DNA of 63,653 nt, counting the filler, from Lama guanicoe (taxonomy: Eukaryota), in NCBI GenBank assembly GCA_013239625.1. It is 178 parts of 178 records of this genome, joined end to end, with 100 filler letters (N's around TTAATTAATTAA, not from the genome) between each part and the next. Parts side by side here need not be neighbours in the genome. Positions count along the whole stretch, not along the records: positions 52,269 to 52,526 come from PNXV01049761.1; positions 52,627 to 52,884 come from PNXV01049762.1; positions 52,985 to 53,243 come from PNXV01049763.1; positions 53,344 to 53,601 come from PNXV01049764.1; positions 53,702 to 53,960 come from PNXV01049765.1; positions 54,061 to 54,319 come from PNXV01049766.1; positions 54,420 to 54,678 come from PNXV01049767.1; positions 54,779 to 55,037 come from PNXV01049768.1; 170 more parts are not named here. The stretch is one strand, 5' to 3'. Position 1 is the stretch's first letter, and each line of letters starts with the position of its first letter. Shown here piece by piece: positions 52,353-63,653 of the stretch. The position numbers were made by a program, and so were the translations under genes. The notes beneath the pieces are model-generated. The model was given only the letters and a program-made list of their open reading frames with translations. It searched no databases and had not been told where the DNA came from.

Positions 52353-54160
52353 CTCAGGAATCTACTGTATACACTTGTCAAAGTGTTTTGGAGGTATGGA
52401 GGGCCATCCTATTCACTTACCCTGTAGTCGAAGGCTAGTAACTTTGCGATTGTCATTAGTGGGTCATTCATTTGGCTAAATAGAACCAGAATTGTGAAGT
52501 AGGTAGGGTGGTGGTCTTTTTTCATTNNNNNNNNNNNNNNNNNNNNNNNNNNNNNNNNNNNNNNNNNNNNTTAATTAATTAANNNNNNNNNNNNNNNNNN
52601 NNNNNNNNNNNNNNNNNNNNNNNNNNAGAGGATGAATTCAAACTCAGATCTGAATGCAGAGTCTGAACTTGCAACTCTCAGGACTGGAAAATCCTTAACG
52701 CATAGGCTACCCAGCTCCCCTGCAGTGTTCCTGCCACCAAGCATTTCCCATGGCACTGGTCTCCACTTCTCACAGACACAGTGCTGTGTCCAGCCAATGA
52801 CCTCCAACGGACCTTGATCATCTACCTGCCACGCGCACCAGGCTTCTCCATAAAGGCAGGAAAGCTGGCTTTCAAGTGCATACANNNNNNNNNNNNNNNN
52901 NNNNNNNNNNNNNNNNNNNNNNNNNNNNTTAATTAATTAANNNNNNNNNNNNNNNNNNNNNNNNNNNNNNNNNNNNNNNNNNNNTTTTTTTTTTGCATTT
53001 TAATTACAGTCCTCAGGTCTTCAATGTTCAAGGTAGAGAAAGCAAAAGGAGGTATTTTTCTGACAGTGCAGGCTGTAATTAAGATGATAATAATGCTATG
53101 GTGATAGGCAAAGTCATCCTTGCTGCGTAAAATCTATGGTTGCTCATTTGTTTGTTTTGACGTTGTTGGGATCAAGTCAATTTGGCAGATGCAGAGGAGT
53201 GAAACATCAAGTCTATGGCACATGTGTGACTGTCAGGACTGCCNNNNNNNNNNNNNNNNNNNNNNNNNNNNNNNNNNNNNNNNNNNNTTAATTAATTAAN
53301 NNNNNNNNNNNNNNNNNNNNNNNNNNNNNNNNNNNNNNNNNNNTCTCTGCTTTTTTGGTGTGGTATTGACATGGTTGTTTTCAAAAGTAATTTAGTTTTT
53401 AATAAAGTTTCTTATACAGTTTTCTTATAAAGTTCTTTATAAAATACTTTAAATAGCACTTTGCAGTACTCACATTTGCCACTTCACATAAAGTACTCCT
53501 GTGGGTTTTACCTAACTCTGGGATACTCCCCCAGGGAACCAGCACATAAACGCCAGATGAAGAGATTGTATGGTTCACCTTGTAATCCCATCCACAGGCC
53601 CNNNNNNNNNNNNNNNNNNNNNNNNNNNNNNNNNNNNNNNNNNNNTTAATTAATTAANNNNNNNNNNNNNNNNNNNNNNNNNNNNNNNNNNNNNNNNNNN
53701 NCTGTACTCCTGTTGTTGGAGCCCGATCCCCCACCATGGGGCTGGAACCAGAAGGAGAGGAGCCAGGCCAGCCCATGCAGGTACAGGGGGCGCCAGGTGC
53801 GGGTACGCAGGCTTGCTGGCCCGCAGAGGGGCCCGAAGGTGGATCCTGGTATTAGAGTGGAGTGCAGCATAGAGGTCAGCGGCTGCCCTCTATCGAATTT
53901 CTCCACGTGGGCACTTGGCTGGCTGGTTGGAAGCTGTGTTGGGACAGCAGAGGCCTGGGANNNNNNNNNNNNNNNNNNNNNNNNNNNNNNNNNNNNNNNN
54001 NNNNTTAATTAATTAANNNNNNNNNNNNNNNNNNNNNNNNNNNNNNNNNNNNNNNNNNNNTCAAAATAGACTCTAGCACACCTCTCACTTGTTCACCTGG
54101 TGTTTGTCAGTAACAGAGGTTTTAATCAAGAAACCTACTGAATTATAATTACCTGAAACC

Positions 54161-54319
54161 CAGGGATGAATCAAGGTTTTGTGGGGCTTGAACATCATCT
54201 ACTTTGGAAAAATCTCATCGAATAAAAACATGCAAAGTTATGAACATAAAAATTGCTAGGTACCCCTCCTAAGACCTTGGAAGGGACCTAGGCAAGTGGG
54301 GAGCCCTGCAGCTTCAGCT
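54161..54319 (+). mobile_element. hAT-Tip100 MITE (MER45-like)
   Basis: caggg...ggttttgtggggcttgaa...ccttggaaggg...gcaagtggggagccctgcagcttcagct. Confidence 0.7.
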
Positions 54320-54419
54320 NNNNNNNNNNNNNNNNNNNNNNNNNNNNNNNNNNNNNNNNNNNNTTAATTAATTAANNNNNNNNNNNNNNNNNNNNNNNNN
54401 NNNNNNNNNNNNNNNNNNN

Positions 54420-54529
54420 TGGCCCACCCCAGACCAATTAAGTTTGAATTATGACATAAGGACTGAATATGGTATTTTTTAAAGTTTCCCAAGTGATCCA
54501 GACATGCAGCCGGGAGTGAGAATCACTGA
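54420..54529. mobile_element. hAT-Charlie MITE (MER5-like)
   Basis: cccaccccagaccaattaa...ttttttaaagtttcccaagtgat...atgcagcc...tgagaatcactg. Confidence 0.7.
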
Positions 54530-54959
54530 GTGGCCGCAGTGTAATGGGAGAAGGGAATGACCAGGGGTGAGGGGGGAGAGAGCAGAGGGTTTGGCTAATT
54601 TATCCTGGCTGGTGAGGGAGCGTTTCATTGAATACATGGTCTTTGAGTTGAGATATGGAAAACAAGAAGCAACAAAACNNNNNNNNNNNNNNNNNNNNNN
54701 NNNNNNNNNNNNNNNNNNNNNNTTAATTAATTAANNNNNNNNNNNNNNNNNNNNNNNNNNNNNNNNNNNNNNNNNNNNGATCTAAACCCACAGGGCCTCC
54801 AGAGGGCCCAAGATACGGAATTGTAGGCAGGACACTGCATGATCAGAAGTTTTTTGAAGAGAAAGAAAAAAAAAAAGAGAGAGAGAAACCATTCACTGAG
54901 TTTCGATTTCTGCGCCCCATACTGTGGCAACGGGTAGCAACACTGAGACACAGATGTTT

Positions 54960-55037
54960 TTATTCTCATTTTACACGGTCGGGAAACCAGTCTTCTTAGT
55001 GGTGACTTGTCTCGAATCACAGAGCTAATAGATGGGT
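54960..55037 (-). mobile_element. MIR SINE
   Basis: ttattctcattttaca...ggaaac...gtgacttgtctcgaatcacagagctaatag. Confidence 0.65.
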
Positions 55038-55137
55038 NNNNNNNNNNNNNNNNNNNNNNNNNNNNNNNNNNNNNNNNNNNNTTAATTAATTAANNNNNNN
55101 NNNNNNNNNNNNNNNNNNNNNNNNNNNNNNNNNNNNN

Positions 55138-55396
55138 GTGTCCCTGTTAAAGGGGTGGGAGGGGTTCGCGCCTCCGCCAATCTCACTGTCAGGTGCCGAG
55201 GGCCGCGCGGAGGTGGCCGGACCGGACGCGCGGCCTCCGCCCTGTCCTGCACCCCCTGCAGCTCAGCGTGATCTTACCGGCACCGACCCTCACCCCCCGA
55301 ATCGAATGTTCTACGAGTCCCGTTAGTGTTCCCGTTCCCTTCATCCCTACTGCTTAGCCTCAGGCCCCCCGTCACGTCCCATCGGGATCGTCGCAG
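55138..55396. promoter_or_regulatory. CpG-island fragment
   Basis: CpG-dense, with a gccaatc CCAAT-like motif near 55176. Confidence 0.5.
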
Positions 55397-55519
55397 NNNN
55401 NNNNNNNNNNNNNNNNNNNNNNNNNNNNNNNNNNNNNNNNTTAATTAATTAANNNNNNNNNNNNNNNNNNNNNNNNNNNNNNNNNNNNNNNNNNNNACTT
55501 AGAGAAATGAAGCTTTCCC

Positions 55520-55705
55520 TGGCGAGTTTCCCAGTAGCCCTGACCAACAGCCCGAATGCAACTTCATGAGGGTCTTGATCTAGAAGCATCCAGCTAAGCC
55601 GTGGTGGTTTTCACCACGCACAGAAATTGTGAGATAATCAATGTTTGTTGTTTTCAGCTGCTGAGTTCTGGGGTCATTTGTTACACAGCAATGGGTAACT
55701 GCTAT
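55520..55705 (+). mobile_element. MaLR LTR (MLT1) 3' part
   Basis: cacagaaattgtgagataat...tgttgttttcagctgctgagtt...atttgttacacagcaat. Confidence 0.85.
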
Positions 55706-55855
55706 GGTAAGGTATGGTACAAACAATACGCTCCACGAGATTTGGAGACCTGTGTNNNNNNNNNNNNNNNNNNNNNNNNNNNNNNNNNNNNNNNNNNNNT
55801 TAATTAATTAANNNNNNNNNNNNNNNNNNNNNNNNNNNNNNNNNNNNNNNNNNNN

Positions 55856-56114
55856 ATTCACCATCGACGGACATTTGCATTACTTCCAAAGCTTGCCTAT
55901 TACAAATCAATGTGCTATGAACTTTCATATACAATTACCTATATGTACATTATGCTTTCAGTTCCCTTAGGTAAATACCTGGAACTGGAATGGTTAGATC
56001 ATATGATACGTTAGTATTACGGAATATTTATGTTTTAAGAAACTCTGAAACTGTTTTCCAAAATGATTGTAACATTTTACAGTCCCATCAGCATATGAGA
56101 ATTCCAGTTCCTCC
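55856..56114 (-). mobile_element. Old LINE1 fragment
   Basis: gacggacatttg...ggtaaatacct...aaactgttttccaaaatgattgt. Confidence 0.85.
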
Positions 56115-56589
56115 NNNNNNNNNNNNNNNNNNNNNNNNNNNNNNNNNNNNNNNNNNNNTTAATTAATTAANNNNNNNNNNNNNNNNNNNNNNNNNNNNNN
56201 NNNNNNNNNNNNNNTCTGTAACACTTAATGGTAAAAGAGTTATTAAATTATGACCTTCTTTGAAGAATTAATGGCAGTGGGATGAGCTGCTCTGCTTCCA
56301 ACTGAACTTGAAAGCATGAAGCAAGAAATGATAGAGGCAAGTTATCAAATCCTGGTTCAAATCTTGGTCAAAGAACCAGGAAGTTTCTACAGCTACCCTC
56401 AAAAATATCTTACATTCCTTCTAGGCATTGGGTATTACAATTGGGTGTTCGAGATTTACAGATACTAACTACTNNNNNNNNNNNNNNNNNNNNNNNNNNN
56501 NNNNNNNNNNNNNNNNNTTAATTAATTAANNNNNNNNNNNNNNNNNNNNNNNNNNNNNNNNNNNNNNNNNNNNCTTGAGAGGTAGGTAT

Positions 56590-56832
56590 TCCAGATGAGA
56601 AAACTGAGGTGCTGAGCAGTTAGTAAATGGCCAAAGGTCACATAGGAAATAAGTGACACAGATACGATTTGAAATAATGGGAATAGAAAAGAGTTTTACT
56701 TGAGCCAAACTGAGGACTGTAGGCGGGAAGCAGCATCTCAGGTAGTTCTGGGAAACTGTTCCAAAGAAGATGGTTTTATCTCCTGCTGAAACAAACAGCA
56801 TCAAACATGACAGTGGTACATTCCTTCAAGGA
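56590..56832 (-). mobile_element. MIR fragment (56590-56647) abutting an ERV LTR 3' end
   Basis: gatgagaaaactgagg...aaggtcaca (MIR), then gagttttacttgagccaaactgaggact...catctcaggtagttctggg (antisense LTR R/U5). Confidence 0.65.
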
Positions 56833-57291
56833 NNNNNNNNNNNNNNNNNNNNNNNNNNNNNNNNNNNNNNNNNNNNTTAATTAATTAANNNNNNNNNNNN
56901 NNNNNNNNNNNNNNNNNNNNNNNNNNNNNNNNCATCTGGAAAATGTAAACTCGACTGCGTGAATGTGGTACAACTGTGTCACAGTCACAGAATCACAGGT
57001 CGAATCAGAGTTTTCACAACGCAAAGGCTTGAGGCACTGTCTGCTGTCACCGCCTCACATAGATCAGGAAGCCAGGTGCAGCAGAGGGGACAGGCGCGCT
57101 GCAGGTGTCAGAGCGAGTCTGGGGCCAGGGCATGTGCTCCTTCCTCCCTGCTTTCTTTGCTGGCTCCTCAGCCTGCACCCAAAGCCAGTGTNNNNNNNNN
57201 NNNNNNNNNNNNNNNNNNNNNNNNNNNNNNNNNNNTTAATTAATTAANNNNNNNNNNNNNNNNNNNNNNNNNNNNNNNNNNNNNNNNNNNN

Positions 57292-57550
57292 AAAAAAGAA
57301 GATGTGGTATATGCGTACAGTGGAATATTAGTCATAAAAAGGAATGAAATCCTGCCATTTGCCACAGTATGGATGCACTTAGAGGGCATTATGCTAAGTG
57401 AAGTAAGTCAGAGGAAGACAAATACCATTTGATTTCATTCACATGCGGAATCAAAAAAATAAAACAAACAAAACAGAAACAAGCTCATAGACACAGAGAA
57501 CAAATAGGTGGTTTCCAGGAGGGGTGTGGGGGATAAGTGGAATTAGGTGA
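57292..57550 (+). mobile_element. LINE1 ORF2 end / 3' UTR
   Basis: agaagatgtggtatat...aatgaaatcctgccatttg...attatgctaagtgaagtaagtcag...ctcatagacacagagaacaaa. Confidence 0.93.
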
Positions 57551-58009
57551 NNNNNNNNNNNNNNNNNNNNNNNNNNNNNNNNNNNNNNNNNNNNTTAATT
57601 AATTAANNNNNNNNNNNNNNNNNNNNNNNNNNNNNNNNNNNNNNNNNNNNATATTAATTTTAGTATTCAATATGGTTTTAACCACCCTAAGCTCTAGATA
57701 TTCAAGCAATAGAGAATAATAATATATTGCTTGTAAAACTGTATACATTTGTGATATATTGTGTACTCAAATTTTTTTCATTTCTTTCACCTTCTCTTAG
57801 AAATAAAAGATCATGGAGATGGGGATGGGGAAAACAAATGGAAACAAGTGGACAGCCAGCATCTCTTCTTCCCCTGATAGCTAAGTAACTTGGTCCTGAA
57901 GGTGACGCANNNNNNNNNNNNNNNNNNNNNNNNNNNNNNNNNNNNNNNNNNNNTTAATTAATTAANNNNNNNNNNNNNNNNNNNNNNNNNNNNNNNNNNN
58001 NNNNNNNNN

Positions 58010-58268
58010 AAGTGTCTGGGTTGGTAAACACATGTGCCAGGAGGGTGATGCACCCCCCAGCTCCACAGGGACCCAAGTTCCTGTGCTCAGGACCCGTCCA
58101 CACCTCATCCTGTGTCCCTTCCTATGGTTATTTACCTGAATCCTTTATCATATCCTTTTTATATAATAAACCTATAAACATAAGTGTTCCCTTGAGCTCC
58201 ATGAGCTGTCCTAGCAAATTGGGGAACCCAAGGAGGGGAGTAATGGGAAGCCAAATTTGTAGCCGTTG
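58010..58268 (+). mobile_element. MER21-like LTR
   Basis: ctccacagggac...cctgtgctcaggaccc...tataataaac...taagtgttcccttgag...ctagcaaatt...aacccaaggagggg. Confidence 0.8.
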
Positions 58269-60939
58269 NNNNNNNNNNNNNNNNNNNNNNNNNNNNNNNN
58301 NNNNNNNNNNNNTTAATTAATTAANNNNNNNNNNNNNNNNNNNNNNNNNNNNNNNNNNNNNNNNNNNNATATGAAAAACAAGATGCTTCAAACCGAAATG
58401 ACTTTCTCTGAGCTAGCATATACTGCTAACTAGCAATCACCTCTTACTGTGAAACAAAATGTGGTCCCACCTGGAAAAAGGGACTTTTGGGTTTTTTTTT
58501 GAGGCTGCATTCGGTGTTTAGTGCCAAAGCTTTCCAAAGCTTTTGCCTATATTGTCAATTAAAGATATATGCTTACAGGTAATTAACTGATTTTCAAAGT
58601 TGACTTCTACAAATATAATACCCATCANNNNNNNNNNNNNNNNNNNNNNNNNNNNNNNNNNNNNNNNNNNNTTAATTAATTAANNNNNNNNNNNNNNNNN
58701 NNNNNNNNNNNNNNNNNNNNNNNNNNNTTTTTTTTCCTTTTTGTCTGAAACACATTCTGTATCTTTCAATTCTTGAAGCTATCTAAATTTTCATAAGCCA
58801 ACTACTGACTATGAGTTTAGCTGATAATAGCTTAAAACTTTCTCTCTCCCCCAAGAGACATTTTAATTTTAGTAAAAGACATTTTGCAGACTAAGAATAC
58901 TTCAAGATCAAAAGCAATGAATATTTTATGGTGGGTTTCTGGCACCAAGATAACTGGCTAGGAGGATATCTCTGGACTGATGGCCANNNNNNNNNNNNNN
59001 NNNNNNNNNNNNNNNNNNNNNNNNNNNNNNTTAATTAATTAANNNNNNNNNNNNNNNNNNNNNNNNNNNNNNNNNNNNNNNNNNNNCAAAACTAAAATGT
59101 TATGAAGAAAAGACCTGAGAAAGAACAGCAAATTACATAAAATCCTGTCTAAGGAATCAAAATAAGAATTAGAATACTTTCCTTGATAGTTGATCCCTGA
59201 ATAAAGGTTCCAGGACAGGAATGTAACTCAACTCGGGTCCAGATAATGGCATCTGCCTGAACAGAAATTGTCCTGAATTCTGTAAGCTAGTATCTGTATG
59301 CTTAAAAACAAGAGTTACAGGGAAAGCTCATCAGATATGTAGTATNNNNNNNNNNNNNNNNNNNNNNNNNNNNNNNNNNNNNNNNNNNNTTAATTAATTA
59401 ANNNNNNNNNNNNNNNNNNNNNNNNNNNNNNNNNNNNNNNNNNNNTCCAGCGTCTCCCCAGCTCCTGCTCAGTGAATGCTGGGCTGAGTGGGACAAAGGG
59501 AACCAGGAAGGAGAAATGAGACTCAATGCAGAATGGCAGGCAGCAGCACAAAGCCAGCAGGGAGCCCAGGAAGGACCCACCAGCCAGGCTGCGGCCCTGA
59601 CCCCGAGCTGCCCCCAGCTGCCCGCATTGGGGGGAGAGGCAGGGGAGTGGCCACTGGGCGAGGACGAAGAGGCCTAGGGAGCTGGCAGAGGGTGTGGAGA
59701 AATCNNNNNNNNNNNNNNNNNNNNNNNNNNNNNNNNNNNNNNNNNNNNTTAATTAATTAANNNNNNNNNNNNNNNNNNNNNNNNNNNNNNNNNNNNNNNN
59801 NNNNCTGCCTGGAGGTGGCGCCCCCGGGGCCCTTCACAGCACAGAACACCTGCGGCCCTGCAGGAAAACAGGTCCACGAGCAGGCCTCTGGAGCCGGCAT
59901 CCGGGAAGCTTGAAGACGGGGGAAGCGGCCTACCCTGCCTTTGTTTTCCACTTTACTCCGGGGTCCCGGGGTGCAGCCCCAGGACCCAGGCCCAACTGCT
60001 CCCCGGGAGGAGGAGGGGCACAGGGCGGGGTGCCCGGCGGCCCACCTGGCGTGCGCGCAGACCNNNNNNNNNNNNNNNNNNNNNNNNNNNNNNNNNNNNN
60101 NNNNNNNTTAATTAATTAANNNNNNNNNNNNNNNNNNNNNNNNNNNNNNNNNNNNNNNNNNNNATTCTGAATTTGTCCTAAAAGATGAGCTAAAACCTTA
60201 TCATGTATTTACCTTCAACCATTTATTTGACGTGTAAATGGGGAGGGAAATTGTTCAGAGGGCTCAGATAATAAAAAGTAGGAAATACATCCAGTGACCT
60301 TGAAATACCTGTAGCTTCAACGTGTATTCTATTCCAGCCCTTCTGAACGTGAGCGAACTTCTTCAGCAAAAGAAAATAAAACAGTAAAAATGCTTATGTG
60401 TAACTAAGGCAGAGGGACTTAGNNNNNNNNNNNNNNNNNNNNNNNNNNNNNNNNNNNNNNNNNNNNTTAATTAATTAANNNNNNNNNNNNNNNNNNNNNN
60501 NNNNNNNNNNNNNNNNNNNNNNTCAGGGATAACCCACTTGGATTCACTGTGGTGGTGGAGACCCTGCAGGAACGTGTTTGCTAACAGGGTGGGGCTGGCG
60601 GGTGAGTTGGCACCTGGGCGTGGCTCCCGCCCTGCCGGGCTGCTCTGAGCGGCCGGGGGCGACAGCTCCCCGTGCTCGTCCTGCTGGTACAGGCGCTCAG
60701 ATTCGAATCCCCTGAAGCCGAAGCTCAGGTTCTTCCTGCCGTTTCCCTTTCGCTGCCTCTTCCCAGGAGGGTTTTGCTTGTNNNNNNNNNNNNNNNNNNN
60801 NNNNNNNNNNNNNNNNNNNNNNNNNTTAATTAATTAANNNNNNNNNNNNNNNNNNNNNNNNNNNNNNNNNNNNNNNNNNNNTGTTCTTTTCTAATATAGT
60901 ATATTCTATTTTTATATTTTAAGTTTATAAGAATAAAGA

Positions 60940-61140
60940 TTAGCCTTTTCCCAGTTTAAATTGTGCAATTAAGGTGCATTAGGTGCATTCACAATGCTGT
61001 GAAACCAACACAACTGGTTTCAGATTATTGCCTTCCTCAAAGTAAAAGCTTGTATCCAAAGCACACCTCACGTGCTCCCTCCCCCAGCCTGTGACAAGCC
61101 CTAATCCCCTTTCTCTCTCTCTGTCTTTACCTATCCTGGA
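60940..61140 (-). mobile_element. Old LINE1 3' UTR
   Basis: gcattaggtgcattcacaatgctgtg...cccccagcc...ttacctatcctgga. Confidence 0.7.
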
Positions 61141-63653
61141 NNNNNNNNNNNNNNNNNNNNNNNNNNNNNNNNNNNNNNNNNNNNTTAATTAATTAANNNN
61201 NNNNNNNNNNNNNNNNNNNNNNNNNNNNNNNNNNNNNNNNAAAATAAAATAAGCTTCTTTATACGCAAAGAATGACAGCAGTTTGAAATATCCAGATATT
61301 ACCTCTGTCCTCCACTTCACTGCGGAGGCTCAGAGGACCTTCATCAGTTTGCACTTTGTGTTTCTTTATATGATATTATTATAAAAACAACCAGAGATTT
61401 AGGAAAGATATTAAACACTGCATTGGTGTAACATTTTCTAATAAGGGCTTTTTAAAATTTAAAAATATCTTGCACTTGTTTACATGAAAATAGCTTTTTN
61501 NNNNNNNNNNNNNNNNNNNNNNNNNNNNNNNNNNNNNNNNNNNTTAATTAATTAANNNNNNNNNNNNNNNNNNNNNNNNNNNNNNNNNNNNNNNNNNNNA
61601 AAGGAAACTCCCCAGTGCAGCCAGGCCTCCTCCATTTGCTCTTCACAAACACACTGCCCCCCCAACCCTGTCCCGTTTCACAAAGAGTTCCGCGTGCTTT
61701 TCATTTGTTTCTAGGCCCATGAATTACCTCTCTGCTGAGCTCACAACATGATCTGGAAGACCTGACCCCTCCCAGCAGCACTACAGGAGGTGCCAGTGGT
61801 GCACAAGACCTAAGTCTCGTTTGGCCTGGCACACCAGGTGGCACTGATTTAAAGACACNNNNNNNNNNNNNNNNNNNNNNNNNNNNNNNNNNNNNNNNNN
61901 NNTTAATTAATTAANNNNNNNNNNNNNNNNNNNNNNNNNNNNNNNNNNNNNNNNNNNNGGCGCCTCCTTAGCCAGCAGGGGATCACTCAGCACGCCAATG
62001 TGCGATGCACGGTGGGGCTCACCGAGGGAGGGAGAGGTTTAAGGAGCTTAGACTTGGTCCCACACGCCTGAATATCAGACAAGGATTTTCCCCATAATCA
62101 TTTCCCCCAAAAGAGGGAGCTGCCTTTGGTTGAGTCCTTAAAAAACCTATTGGATTACAAGTGCTCTGTTCCTTTATTTTGAAAATTAACTACTGTTTGG
62201 GAAAGACACATTAGCCTNNNNNNNNNNNNNNNNNNNNNNNNNNNNNNNNNNNNNNNNNNNNTTAATTAATTAANNNNNNNNNNNNNNNNNNNNNNNNNNN
62301 NNNNNNNNNNNNNNNNNTGTTGTTATCTCCCTCTGCATTATCTGTTGAGTCTTTATCATGCAATTTACATTTAACACTTCCTGCTACGTACATAAATGAA
62401 ATTCGGATTTCAGGTTTTCTGATCCTGAAGTTCTGAAGTTCATGTAATACAGGGAGCCTTATTCATGTTTACACAGTTAGATACAAACATAAATATTCTC
62501 TTTGGGTAAAAAAAGAAATCCATTCAAATTACAAATTGAAAAAGCTAATAAATGCCTAAATGAATTTCATAAAAAANNNNNNNNNNNNNNNNNNNNNNNN
62601 NNNNNNNNNNNNNNNNNNNNTTAATTAATTAANNNNNNNNNNNNNNNNNNNNNNNNNNNNNNNNNNNNNNNNNNNNTTAAAAGTAAAATATATTTTTAAA
62701 ATAGCATACAGAGAGTTTGGTGAGGGAGAAGCATTGCTTCTCTACAATCTGAGCTCTTTTCTAGTTTTAGTAACTGAGAGTACTGAGTACATGCCAACTT
62801 TGTATCCTGCCTTTTAATGGTGACTCACCTTCCCCCTCAAGCCCACTCTACCTGAATCTATTCCCTACTTTACCTTAACTAAGCACGGCAATAATCCTGT
62901 CATATGTGGCTAACACAAGGAATTCTGCAACTTTTNNNNNNNNNNNNNNNNNNNNNNNNNNNNNNNNNNNNNNNNNNNNTTAATTAATTAANNNNNNNNN
63001 NNNNNNNNNNNNNNNNNNNNNNNNNNNNNNNNNNNTTGATGGGTTTTCAAACTTATGTGTACTTTTCACAGGTTCAGTCATTCATGCATACAAAAAATGT
63101 ATGAGCCCTCTCTGTCTACCTAGTATAAGGTATATCATTAATTACTGTCCATCTCACCCCCTTTATTCGGAAGTCCAGCAAATAAAGGCAGGTAACTATA
63201 ATTGGATACATTCTGTCACCAGATTTACCACTACATGATTCTGTTATTTTATCTAGTTAATTTTCCTTTCTGTTATTCATATTTCTCATCTTTANNNNNN
63301 NNNNNNNNNNNNNNNNNNNNNNNNNNNNNNNNNNNNNNTTAATTAATTAANNNNNNNNNNNNNNNNNNNNNNNNNNNNNNNNNNNNNNNNNNNNTGTCAG
63401 CTTATGCACGCGGTCTTTGCTTCCACCTTTAAGGTTAGAAGACGGCATTTTCTCGTTTCTGATGCAAACAAGAGGAAGCCTCCTTCTCTCTCCCCCGAGG
63501 GCGAGGCTGCGATTCTCTACCACGCGCGTGTGTTCTAACCAGTTACAACAGTGCTCTTTTTGGTGTTGACACTGTCCAAAGTTTAGCCACCTGGGAACAT
63601 GCATGGAATTAGTTTTGAGGCAAAAGGAAACAAAAACAAACAAAAGCATCATC

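Noticed and set aside
55201..55235. 9-bp inverted repeat ggccgcgcg/cgcgcggcc
   Set aside because: Expected by chance in CpG-island sequence.
59087..59345. Candidate minus-strand exon after ttgtttttaag or ttacag
   Set aside because: All frames end in stops without a clear donor, and none matches a protein I recognise.
60523..60781. Stop-free minus-strand frame across the contig and a B-box-like ttcgaatccc
   Set aside because: No recognisable protein, and open frames are common in GC-rich 259-mers. There is no cloverleaf or A box.

Overview
This window is not contiguous genomic DNA. It is an artificial concatenation of 178 unrelated short contigs of 256-259 bp, mostly 258 bp up to ~50.7 kb and mostly 259 bp after, so roughly size-sorted. 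Each pair is joined by an identical 100-nt linker, N44-TTAATTAATTAA-N44, whose palindromic core puts a stop codon in all six frames. The contigs are from a placental mammal: L1, L2, MIR, MaLR/ERV LTR and hAT/Tigger relics dominate. The L1 3' ends and the absence of recognisable lineage-specific SINEs tentatively suggest a camelid. Five contigs carry recognisable coding sequence: an internal piece of TPST2; an OR5M-like olfactory receptor cut by an L1 insertion; PRKAA2 coding exon 1 (missed by the ORF track, with an atypical AGA/GTTAAGTA donor); a TRIM75-like coiled-coil segment; and a complete 160-bp DCTN1 exon. Most other ORF-track entries are chance frames or are bounded by linkers. Neighbouring contigs have no physical linkage, so no multi-gene novel system can be supported. 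Gene and repeat names come from recalled consensus sequences, not from searches.
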